From: Macrostomum lignano
Lineage: Eukaryota
Assembly (NCBI GenBank): GCA_002269645.1
Contig: NIVC01000585.1
Location: forward strand, 1 to 64,000
Direction of reading: 5' to 3'
Length of the DNA: 64,000 nucleotides
Under the pieces are notes generated by a model. It was not told the origin of the DNA. It saw nothing but the letters and a program-made list of their open reading frames with translations, and did not search any database. Made by a program: the position numbers and the translations under genes. Positions 1-10,798 of this stretch are shown here, piece by piece (the first letter of the stretch is position 1; every line of letters starts with the position of its first letter).

Positions 1-1745
1 AATCTCACATGCAAAGAATCCTATATCCAAAGAATCTTCCATCAAAGAACCCCCATTGATAGAATCCCGATTCGAAGTCCCCATCCAATGAATTTCCTAT
101 CCAAGGATCCCCCATACACAGAATCCCCATCCAAAGAATCTCAAATCCATCCTATCCAAAGAATCCCCCTATCCTTCCATATCCAAAGAATCCTAAATCC
201 ATCCATATCCAAAGAATCCCCATCCATCCCTATCCAAAAAATCCTCATCCATCCATATCCAAAGAATCCCAAATCCATCCCTATCTAAAGAATCCCCCAT
301 CCATCCCTATCTAAAGAATCCTCCTATCTATCCCTATCCAGAAAAAATCAGCATCCATTCTTATCTAAAGAATCCCCCAATCCATCCATATCCAAAGAAT
401 CCCCATCTAAATAATGGACATCCAAATAATCCCCATCCACAAAATCCCCATCTAAATAATCCAAAGATTCTCAAATCCAAATTATCCCTTATCTAAAAAA
501 TCATTGACAAAATGATCCCCTCATCTAAAGAACCCCCGTCCAAATAATCCCAATCCAAAGAATCCAAAGAATCCCACTCCAGAAACCCCCCCTCTAAAGA
601 ATCCACATCCAAATAATCCCCATTAACAGAAACTCCATCCAAAGAATCCAAAGAACCCCCCATCCAAAGAATCCAAAGAATCTCCCATCCAAATAGAATC
701 CTTGGCCAAAGAATCCCCTCATCTACAGAACACCCATCCAAATAACCCCCATCTAAAGAATCCCCTCATGCAAATAATCTCCGTCCAAACAATCCAAATC
801 CAATCCAATCCAATCCAAAAGATCACTTTATCAAAAGAACCCTTCATCGAAAGAATCCCCCACCGAAAGAAGTTCCCAATGAATCATTCTACCAAGCCTT
901 GAAATCTCAGTAATTCCCTTCCCCAAGACTTGACATCTCAAAAATTACCCTTAAACCTTGACATCTCAGTAATTCCCCCCTAAGACTTGACATCTTAGCA
1001 ATTTCTCCCCGTCTCTAGTCTTGACATTTCAGAAATTCCACCACGCCTTGACATCTCAGAAATTCCCCCAGTAAGCCTTTATATCTCAGTAATTTCCCAG
1101 TAAGTCTTGCCATCTCAGCAATTCCCCTCTGTAAGACTTGACATCTAAGGAATTTCCCATTAAGCAATGAAATCTCAGTAATTTACCTAGTAAGTCTTTA
1201 TATCTCAGTAATTCCCCCCAGTAAATCTTGACATCTTAGCTATTTCTCCAGTCAAAAGCGTTGACATCTCAGCAATTCCCCCCCCCCCTAAGACTTGACC
1301 TCCACAGAATCTCCACTCAAAGAATCCCTCATCCAAAGAACCCCCATCCATCCCTATCCAAAGAACCCCCATCCATTCCTATCCAAAGAATCCCCCATCC
1401 ACCCCTATCCAAAGAATCCCCCTCTTAAGAATCTCCCATTCAAATAATCCCCCATCAAAAGAATCCTTGGCCAAAGATTCCCCTTATTTAAAGAACCACC
1501 GTCGAAATACTCCCCATCCAAAGAATCCCCTCATAAAGAATCCCCCCCCCAAATAATCTCATATCCAAAGGATCACTCTATAGAAAGAAGCCTTCATCTA
1601 AAGAATCCCCCATTCAAAGAACCCTTCATCGAAATAGTAATCCCCCAACGAAGGAATTCCCCAATGAATCACTATCCAAAGATATATATTAGAACCCTCC
1701 CTCATTCAAAGAATCCCCAACCCATAGAATTCCCACCAAAGACAT
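1..1745. repeat. Degenerate low-complexity tandem region (AAAGAATCCCC/CATCC-type motifs) interleaved with GACATCTCAGYAATT-type units
   Basis: AAAGAATCCCC-like motifs recur throughout 1-895 and 1300-1745; TTGACATCTCAG(C/T)AATT units occupy about 896-1300. ORFs here are repeat translations. Confidence 0.85.
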
Positions 1746-2760
1746 GAGATCTCAGCAATTCGCCCTCAGGACTTGAAATCTCTGCAATTCCCTTCCCTAA
1801 GATTTTGACATCTCAGAAATTCCCCCAAGCCTTCACATCTCAGCAATTCCCCTTTAGACTTGATATCTCACAGATTTCCCCCCTTCTAAGACTTGACATC
1901 TCAGGAATTTCCCCACCAAGCATTGACATCTCGGAAATTCCCCCAAGCCTTCACATCTCAGCAATTCTCCCCCCCCCCCAAGACTTGACATCTCAGGAAT
2001 TTCCCCACCAAGCCTTGGTATCTCAGCAAGTCCCTCTTAAGCCTTGGCATCTCAGCAAGTCCCTCTTAAGCCTTGGCATCTCAGCAAGTCCCTCTTTAGC
2101 CTTGGCATCTCAGCAATTCCCCCCCAAGACTTGACATCTCAGGAATTTCCCCACCAAGCCTTGGTATCTCAGCAAGTCCCTGTTAAGCATTGACATCTCA
2201 GCAATTCCCTCCCCCCTCTAAGCCTTGACATCTTAGCAATTCCCTCCTCCCTCTAAGCCTTGACATCTCAGCAATTCCCTCCCCCCTCTAAGCCTTGACA
2301 TCTCAGCAATTCCCTCCCCCTCTAAGCCTTGCCATCTCAGCAATTCCCTCCCCCCTCTAAGACTTGACATCTCAGGAATTTCCCCACCAAGCCTTGACAT
2401 CTCAGCAATTCCCTCCTCCCTCTAAGCCTTGACATCTCAGCAATTCCCTCCCCCCTCTAAGCCTTGACATCTCAGCAATTCCCTCCCCCCTCTAAGCCTT
2501 GCCATCTCAGCAATTCCCTCCCCCCTCTAAGACTTGACATCTCAGGAATTTCCCCACCAAGCCTTGACATCTCAGCGATTCCCTCCTCCCTCTAAGCCTT
2601 GACATCTCAGCAATTCCCTCCCCCCTCTAAGCCTTGCCATCTCAGCAATTCCCTCCTCCCTCTAAGACTTGACATCTCAGCAATTCCCTCCCCCCTCTAA
2701 GACTTGACATCTCAGGAATTTCCCCACCAAGCCTTGACATCTCAGTGATTCCCCAGTTAG
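1746..2760. repeat. Minisatellite, about 32-35 bp unit TAAGCCTTGACATCTCAGCAATTCCCTCCCCCTC
   Basis: Near-perfect units at 2190-2750, more degenerate at 1746-2190. Confidence 0.9.
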
Positions 2761-3062
2761 CAATCTTCCCCAAGCAAGCATTCCCAAAAGCAAGCATCCT
2801 TCCGATAGCAAGCATCCCCTGATAGAAAGTACCCCCAGCAAATTGTGAAACAATTTCGTCAGCTATTACAATAATTAATTTCTTATCTATTGGAATAGTC
2901 CTTTTTAAAACTTTTCAAAATTTAAAGTTGAATAAAATTTGTTGATTATACTACATGAACGCTCGTAGCTTCTTCTCTGTTACCTGATTTACTTTGACAT
3001 TTTTAAGCGTTCCTTTAGCTTTCTTTGAAATTAATTTTTTAATAAAAAAACTTCAACACTAA

Positions 3063-3122
3063 AAATTCGAACCCACGTTGCCTGCATTAGCAGTTCAGTC
3101 TGTTTACCTCTAGGCTAGCTCT
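3063..3122 (-). pseudogene. tRNA-like fragment (A-box and B-box), possibly a tRNA-derived SINE head
   Basis: Minus strand reads GAGCTAGCCTAGAGGTAA...CTGCTAA...GTGGGTTCGAAT, with tRNA-like A/B box spacing. The 3' half of the T-stem and the acceptor stem are absent. Confidence 0.4.
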
Positions 3123-6017
3123 CATCGTTTTGATAACATGAATTGTAGCACTTATATATTTCAACACTTTGAAAACTCCCAGCATAGAGTACAATAGAAA
3201 TCACTCAAAGCAGTTACGATGTAATCAATTTCTCAGGCAGTCAATATCAGTTTCAATTAATAAAGTCAACAATTAAAGTCAACAATATGGTTACGCAATC
3301 TAAATTTAGATCTAATGGCGCTGGCTTGAATTGTGGAGTTGCGATAGTAGGGGTTTGCGATATGAGAGAGCGTACAATGAGAATATAGAGTAAAAGTATA
3401 GAAATTTTCTTTTTTATGCTGTGCTTTTAATTTTTCAAATCTCAGCAAACAGATTATATTCTCGAACTCAGCGTTTCTAGCTCTTTCCAGCAATACAAGG
3501 CTCTCTTCTGAAAGTGAAAAACTCGAAGCACAAACAACGGTTGGACATTCCTGCTTTAAAGCAGCCAAATTCATAAGGTGTACATCAGCGCCAGCTACAG
3601 TGAGAGGCCTGCAGTTGATGCATTGAAATTCACAACCAAGCCAATGCCTGGACTAATTGAATGGGATACCCCCCTCAATTCAATAACTTAAAGGTGTTGC
3701 GCAACCTTTCAATGCTTATAGCTCTCCACGCCAGCGTAGAGAACCAATGCTATAGTTGGCACTGAGTTATGATGCAATACAATTCCATCGGCAGTCAGAA
3801 TGCTTCTCAATCAGAAAAAAACTGTTTGAACTTTAAAAACGGGGCAAAAATTGAGTTTTTGAATATTTAATCCTAAAAAATGAAGCAATTTCTTAGCAAA
3901 TTTGTGTACCAGCGCACCATCAATACGCATCGAATGCAGAAAAACCCCACGAAATTCCGACCATGTAGAGTCAAGTTAAACGAAGGTTCATATAGATAGG
4001 TACATAGTTTTGATTTTTAGTATATTGGAAGACTTTACTGTCAATAAACAAAGCATATTTTATAATCAAACTAGGCCTATTCAATTTTTAATATTAAGAA
4101 ATAATTGTTTTATTATTAATATTTTTTAAGTAATGATATTGTTGGGTCTATTTGTATTAAAAACAAAACTATTAAAATCTTGATTCTTGACCTTTTAATA
4201 ATAAAAAGATTAGTACAAAATGAAATCATATTGCTTTGCTACTATGTAGTATGCATACTATAGAAATATAATCCACTTTGTTAACAGCCACTTTGGTATT
4301 AGCAACATTCATAACAAAGTAGATTTACAACTACCAATACTATATTTCCATGATAATTAAGTTTAGAAACTATTAGTTACATAAAGAACAATTAAACAAT
4401 TTTACTGCCAAGTATGGTTTGATTTTATGGTTAAACTAAATTATAATTTGTTTAAATTTGTGCATTAGGCCTACTTTTATAAAAAATTAAAGGCGGCAAA
4501 GAATATTATTATACAATAGTTGAAAATTGAAAATTTGAATTAAGTAATTATTAATGAATAAAAAATTAGATTTGGTTAATGAAGTCGCTAACTCAGAGAT
4601 TCCAATGTTCATAATATTTGGTCAATAGGATGTTTCAACTTGTACATTTGCATGCATCGAGCACATCCAAAAATTAAAATAAAATTATATGTAGATTAAA
4701 ATATGTATAGTTTTTATCATCAATCCAAATCTTAAAGTCTGCAAAAAAATGTAGTTTATTTATTTTTAGTTGTTCTCTCTTTAAAGTTTGTTTGCAAAAT
4801 CTTCTTACAGCATATCAATCAATATATACTATATTTAATTATTTCTATACTATATATAGAATTAATATATTAATTACTACCAAAATGGCTATTAACAAAT
4901 TTGACAACATTTGTTATCAAAGTGGCTATTACTGAAGTGGCTAGTATCAAATTTGACTATTACCTACTATAGGCATCACATTATACATGTGCAACCTTGG
5001 GAATCACTTGGCCATTTCTATTGGCTGAGACTGAGAGTAGTCATGTGACTACTATTCCATCAATAGCAACTTATGTGTGTTGCCAATAGAAATGGCCAGG
5101 CGAATCCCTAGGTTGCGCCCAAGCATGATAGGCATATGCCTTGTAATTATGATGTTAGGCCTATTAATTTTAAACAGGGGCATAGGGAGGGGGATAGGGG
5201 GATATATCCCCCCAAGACAAGACATTAAACATATTGAGCAATCTGTTGCTAAAATGCTTGCTATGTTACAATACAAAGACTAAACCGAAAAAATGCTATA
5301 CCTAAGAGTACAAAATAAAACTTTAAATCTGAAAAAATAGTTACTTACAGTCCACTAAACTTGTAAAGAATTACATGCGGTGCAGCGCCAAGAGCTAAAC
5401 AATTAAAAAAGTGAAAAAGTGTCATTTCAACAGTCGAACAGGCTAAGAATATAAAAATCTAATTGTTCTTCTTTGTTTCTCCTGCAAATACTTCAAGAAT
5501 ATGCCTACCGGCTACTAAGCACCGAGTGCTAAAGCTTGTGTTGAATACTTGAGCCTTGAATGCAGCTTAAGGCTTCACCATGAGTTTTAGTAAAAAAGCA
5601 AAAATGAGCAACAAACTAACAACTTAAACTGGCGAAAACATGGAAATTGCATTGTCTTGCCTAAAGAGGCCTAGTGTAAATTCGCTGCCTTGCAAAAACA
5701 ACTAAAGTTAAGATGAACAACTGCGCTGAATGATACTCAAGCTGACAACAGAAATCTCAAAATAATTGTTTGTTTGAATCCATCCTTTAACATTTGACGG
5801 GTTCGTTTGACAGCAGAGAAATTGTCAGCAGATTAAATGCAAGGACTACTTAAGAAGACAAAGTGACGAAGTGACAAAATGACGAAGTTAACGAAGTGAC
5901 TTCAGTGGTCCTTGATGAAATGCCTGGTTCTTACAGAATTTTTTTTTCGTGATAGTAAATATATGAGCCAAGAATTGCTCGATGATAAAGAGATTAATTT
6001 TTTTCAAACACCTTGCA

Positions 6018-6103
6018 TGGTCATACTCATACAGCTTGGTCATACTCATACAGCTTGGTCATACTCATACAGCTTGGTCATACTCATATAGATTGGTCAT
6101 ACT
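6018..6103. repeat. Left remnant (about 4.5 units) of the 19-bp satellite GGTCATACTCAYACAGCTT
   Basis: Same unit as 10799-15498; ends at the TG start of the 5' LTR. Confidence 0.95.
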
Positions 6104-6328
6104 TGTAGGCGCCTGCTGCCCAGTGCTAGCATGATGTGTTTTTTAGTCCTGGTGTGCATTTGCGATGTACATCCAATATTCTTGGCTTTCTGTTTTTAGT
6201 GTACGCAGTCCCAACTGCAGGGTCGCTGCTAAATATATAAATCGATCGCACAGAGCCTACAATAGATTGAAGCTTTTTCGGCTACACACAACGCATAGCT
6301 TTTTTCTCTCGCAGCTTCGCTCTTTACA
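6104..6328 (+). repeat. 5' LTR
   Basis: TGTAGGCG...TTTACA; direct repeat of 10576-10798, with the first 107 bp identical. Confidence 0.95.
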
Positions 6329-6329
6329 G

Positions 6330-6344
6330 TGGCGTCGCAAGCCG
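6330..6344 (+). promoter_or_regulatory. Putative primer-binding site TGGCGTCGCAAGCCG
   Basis: Starts 1 nt after the 5' LTR with TGG (complement of tRNA CCA). TGGCG suggests a G-discriminator tRNA such as tRNA-Ser; not verified. Confidence 0.6.
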
Positions 6345-6366
6345 CCTACCGCGCGGTAAACAAATC

Positions 6367-9300
6367 ATGGCAGCCAACTTTCTCTCACTGCCCCACCTGA
6401 GCCATTCTCAGTATCAGCAGACCCACACAACGCGGGCAAGCGCTGGAGTCAATGGACAGACCGCTTTGAAGACTTCATCGATGCATCAGGCATCACCAAC
6501 GAGAAGCAAAAGTGCAAACTACTCAGCTACACAGCAGGCAAGGAAATCACCGACATCATCCGCGAGGAGGCCAAGCCTGCAGCGGCCACAGAGGACGGCC
6601 AAGTTACACCCTCAGGCAGACGCTGGACGCTTTGAAGACATTCTTCAACGGAAGAAAAAAACATAGTATTCGCCAGATATCAGTTCCGCCTATGCACCCA
6701 GGCCAACGGAGAGTCCATCGAATCCTGGTACGCCACACTGCGCACTGCGGCAGAGCCGTGCGACTTCAAACAGCTGAAGGACTCGCTCATCAGAGACCAG
6801 CTCGTGGCAACCTGCAGCTCTGACAAGCTGCGCAGGCGACTGCTTCAGTAGGCGAACATCAGCCTGGAGGAGGCCTTGCGGAAGGCGAGGGCATTCGAGG
6901 CTGCTGAGGAACAAGCAACTGAGATGGAGAAGGCAGACTCGCACGTGGCCAGCGTTGCTAAGGACGACAAGGTGAGAACGAACAGGCGTTGCCCGGCTCA
7001 GACGACCAGCAGGCCAGGCGACCAGCAGCAGCGCACCTGCTACCGCTGCGGCGAGAAAGGCCACGCCACCTGCGACACTGCCAAGGGCAAGATCTGCCAC
7101 AACTGCGGCAAGCCCAACCACCTCGCTCTTGCCTGCCGTCAGCCTCGGCAGTCAAACAGCAGCCGGATCCCACAGCAGCAAATCAGCACCAATGCTGTAT
7201 TCACAGCTGCCGACGGCTCCGTCAACGAGGATGTGTTCGCGCTGTACAACCGCGACAAATACCCATCCGACGTCTCGCTGACTGTGCAGGTGGCAAACCG
7301 GCAGCTTCCTATGATGATTTACAGCGGAGCCAGCTGCAGCATCATGAGTCTCGGCACCTTCAGAGCGCTCAGCCTGCCAAGCCCACGCCCGACAAGAGCC
7401 GAAGTTCGTGCCTACGGTGTACCGACACCTCTCAGGATTGTGGGTACCGCCGATCTTGACATCCAAGTGGGATCTGCCAGAACAACCGCGACCTTCCACA
7501 TCATGGACGGCGACGGGCTGACGATACTGGGTCGCCAGCCCGCATTCAAGCTAGGAGTGCTGAAGATCCAGCGCCTGAAGCTACCAAGCCGCAAAACATA
7601 AACGCAATCGCCGACACCACACCCTACGAGCAGTTTAGCGACCCCAGCTCAAAGCCATCCTGCAGAGGCACAAAGAAGTCTTCAACGGCATCGGATGCAT
7701 CAAGGGAGTAGAGGTCCAGGTCCAGCTGTCCGATGACGCTGTTCCAGTCTGCCAGGCGCCCTCACGTGTGGCGGCGCACCTGAAAGAGGCCGTAGTGGAC
7801 GAGCTCAAGGCTTTGGAGGAGCAGGGCATCATTGAGGCAGTCAAAGGTCCCAGCGCCTGGGTGTCACGCATGGTGGTGGTGCCCAAGGGCGACGGTGGCG
7901 TCAGAATCTGCCAGGACCTCCGTGATCTCAACGCTTTCGTCATCCCAGAGAAGCAGCAAATCCCCACGCTGGACGAAATCACCGAGGAAATGGCAGACGC
8001 CAAGCTGTTCAGCGAACTCGATATCCGGAAGGCTTTTTATCAGATCCCAGTCCACGAGAGCAGCCGTCACCTCTTCACCTTCAGCACACCCTTCGGACTG
8101 ATGCGGCTCAAGAGGCTCAGCATGGGGTTCTCAAATGCCTCGGAAATCCTTCAACGAGTCATGCTTGGCATCCTCAGCGGCATCGACGGCGTCCGGTGGG
8201 CGCACGACGACGTGGTGGTGTACGCCTCCAAACTGAAGCAGCACCATGAGAGGCTGGACGCCTGCCTTCAGCGCCTCCGAGAGTTCGGGATCACCCTCAA
8301 TGAGGACAAGTGCAGGTTCGCCCGGCCGACCGTCGAGTTTCTCGGGATGCGCCTGACCGCCCGGGGCATGCAACCGGCCACCGAGAAAATTGACGCCATG
8401 CAGAACTTCCGAGAGCCCTCCAACGTGGCCGACGTCCACTCTTTCCTGGGAACCGCTAACTTCCTGGCAAAGTTCATCCCGAACTTCGCTGACCTCGCTG
8501 CCCCACTCCGGCAGCTGACGAAGAAGGGCCACGCCTGGGAGTGGACAGAAAACACACAGCAGCGTTCAACGGCATCAAGAAGGCAATCACAGACGCGGAC
8601 ACGCTGGCTTTTTCGACCACAGGCTGCACACGGAACTCCTGGTGGACGCATCGCCGATCGGCCTCGGCGCCATCCTCACGCAGCGGCAGCCGGACGGTAG
8701 CAGCCGACCTGTCGCCTACGCCATCAGAGCCCTCTCGCCGGTGGAGCAGCTGTACGCGCAGATCGAGCGGGAGGCGTTGGCCATCAAATTTGGGTGTCTC
8801 AAGTTTGAGCACTATCTGGCTGGTGACCCAGACTTCACCGTGGTGACGGACCACCGACCGCTCGTGCCGCTTTTCAAGCCTGGCTCCCGTCCGCCACCGA
8901 ATCCCCGAGTCGCTGCGCAGGCCGATCCTTCAACTGGCGCACACCGGTCATCTGGGCGCCGACCGCACCCTTAAACGCCTGCAGACGAAGGTGTGGTGGT
9001 CTCGGATGCGCAGCGACTGCGAGCTCTTCTTCCAGTGCTGCACACTGTGCCAGGCTGCGGCCACCGGATTGCGACAGACACCATTGAGGCCGACAGATAT
9101 TCCGGACGGTGCCTGGCTGCTACTAGGCATGGATTTCTACGGCCCAGTGCAAGGCCAGATGCTCCTGGTCACCACCGACTTGTATTCCAAGTACCCCACC
9201 TGCGGAGGCTGTTCGGCAGGTACGGCGTCCCGATTGAGGTGGTCACCGACAACGGCCCGCCATTCAGCTCGGCAGCTTTCCGCAGCTTCCTCGCCTCGTA

Positions 9301-10504
9301 CGGCATTCACCACCGCCTCATCTGCCCGCTGCACCCAGAATCCAGCGGAGCGACGGAGCGAGTCAACCGCAGCATCGGGAAAGTGATTCAGACGGCAGTG
9401 GCCGAAGGTCGTAACTGGCGGGAGGCTAGCGAGGACTGGCTGTTGGCGTTCCGCACGACACCACATCGAGCGACCGGCCGCGCACCCGCTGAGCTACTCA
9501 TGGGCAGGACGATGAACGACGGCATCCCGACCATCAAACCATCACAGCTCATCGACGTCAACCATGAAAAGGTGCAGAGCTGGCACAGAAACTATGTCCA
9601 AGACATGAAGGCGCGGTTCGATGATCGCAAGGGTGTCAAGGAGCACGGCGTCAGAGTCGGCAACAAAGTTCTGCGAAAGAAGCAGCCACGTAACAAACTG
9701 CAGCTGCCGTTCGAGCCACATCCTTGGACAGTCAAGCAGGTCCAGGGAGACACGTGTGTCCTGCAACGCGGCGAACAGTCCTGCATGCGCCACGTCTCGC
9801 AGCTGCGGCCCCGGGTCGGAGAGCCTGCCGGCCAGCCTGCCGGGAGCCTGCCGGCCAACCTGCCGGAGAGCCTGCCGGCCAGCCTGCCGGGGAGCCTGCC
9901 GGCCAACCTGCCGGAGAGCCTGCCGGCCAATCTGCCGGAGAGCCTGCCGGCCAACCTGCCGGAGAGCCTGCCGGCCAATCTGCCGGAGAGCCTGCCGGCC
10001 AACCTGCCGGAGAGCCTGCCGGCCAATCTGCCGGAGAGCCTGCCGGCCAATCTGCCGGAGAGCCTGCCGGCCAATCTGCCGGAGAGCCTGCCGGCCAGCC
10101 TGCCGGCCAATCTGCCGGAGAGCCTGCCGGCCAATCTGCCGGAGAGCCTGCCGGCCAATCTGCCGGAGAGCCTGCCGGCCAATCTGCCGGAGAGCCTGCC
10201 GGCCAGCCTGCCGGCCAATCTGCCGGAGAGCCTGCCGGCCAATCTGCCGGCCAATCTGCCGGAGAGCCTGCCGGCCAATCTGCCGGAGAGCCTGCCGGCC
10301 AATCTGCCGGAGAGCCTGCCGACCAATCTGCCGGAGAGCCTGCCGGCCAATCTGCCGGAGAGCCTGCCGGCCAACCTGCCGGTCAGCCCGCAAGTCTACC
10401 CAGCGGTAGCATCGCCACGCGAGAACATCCAAGAGCTGCCCGTAACAGAGTGCTCAGCTACAAATTGTGACCTAGGGCTCTTGTGCGTGGGCGGGCCGCT
10501 TTGA
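6367..10504 (+). pseudogene. gag-pol pseudogene: gag with CCHC knuckle, protease, RT, RNase H, integrase
   Basis: Gag-like WTDRFEDFIDASG; CHNCGKPNHLALAC knuckle; protease MIYSGASCSI (catalytic D replaced by Y at 7320-7322); RT in ORF 7768-8700 (VRICQDLRDLN, WAHDDVVVY); RNase H DASPIGLGAIL...IEREALA...TDHRPL; integrase AHTGHLG..CTLC, MDFYGP, TDNGPPF, SGATERVNR. Disrupted by a TAG at 6849-6851, several frameshifts and internal deletions. Confidence 0.93.
9830..10385 (+). repeat. 12/24-bp tandem repeat (CTGCCGGAGAGC / CTGCCGGCCAAT) in frame in the integrase tail, (LPES/LPAN)n
   Basis: About 46 12-bp units inside ORF 8993-10504. Confidence 0.95.
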
Positions 10505-10566
10505 TTGCCTTGGGTTGTAGCTGAGTAATTGAACTCGTTTTTTTATCCCCTGGGATCTCTCTGGTT

Positions 10567-10575
10567 GGGGAGAAT
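10567..10575 (+). promoter_or_regulatory. Polypurine tract GGGGAGAAT
   Basis: Directly precedes the 3' LTR start TGTAGG at 10576. Confidence 0.75.
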
Positions 10576-10798
10576 TGTAGGCGCCTGCTGCCCAGTGCTA
10601 GCATGATGTGTTTTTTAGTCCTGGTGTGCATTTGCGATGTACATCCAATATTCTTGGCTTTCTGTTTTTAGTGTACGCAGTCTCAAATGCAGGGTCGCTG
10701 CTAAATATACAAATCGATCGCACAGAGCCTACAATACATTGAGGCTTTTTCGGCTACACACAACACATAACTTTCTCTCTCGCGGCTTCGCTCTCTAC
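10576..10798 (+). repeat. 3' LTR (terminal A missing)
   Basis: Direct repeat of 6104-6328; ends ...CTCTCTAC and runs straight into the satellite. Confidence 0.93.

Larger units (their letters stand above)
6104..10798 (+). mobile_element. Ty3/gypsy LTR retrotransposon, full-length but decayed
   Basis: Two LTRs of about 225 bp (6104-6328, 10576-10798), PBS-like TGGCG at 6330, PPT at 10567, and domain order gag-PR-RT-RH-IN (the Ty3/gypsy order). Confidence 0.95.

Noticed and set aside
3266-3574. 102-aa minus-strand ORF, and similar ORFs at 15857-16772 and 23381-24091
   Set aside because: No recognisable domain, AT-rich codon usage unlike the real exons, and no convincing splice partners.
9542-10470. 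Overlapping ORFs in four other frames across the integrase-tail repeat
   Set aside because: A GC-rich 12-bp repeat has no stops in most frames; only the frame continuous with integrase has support.
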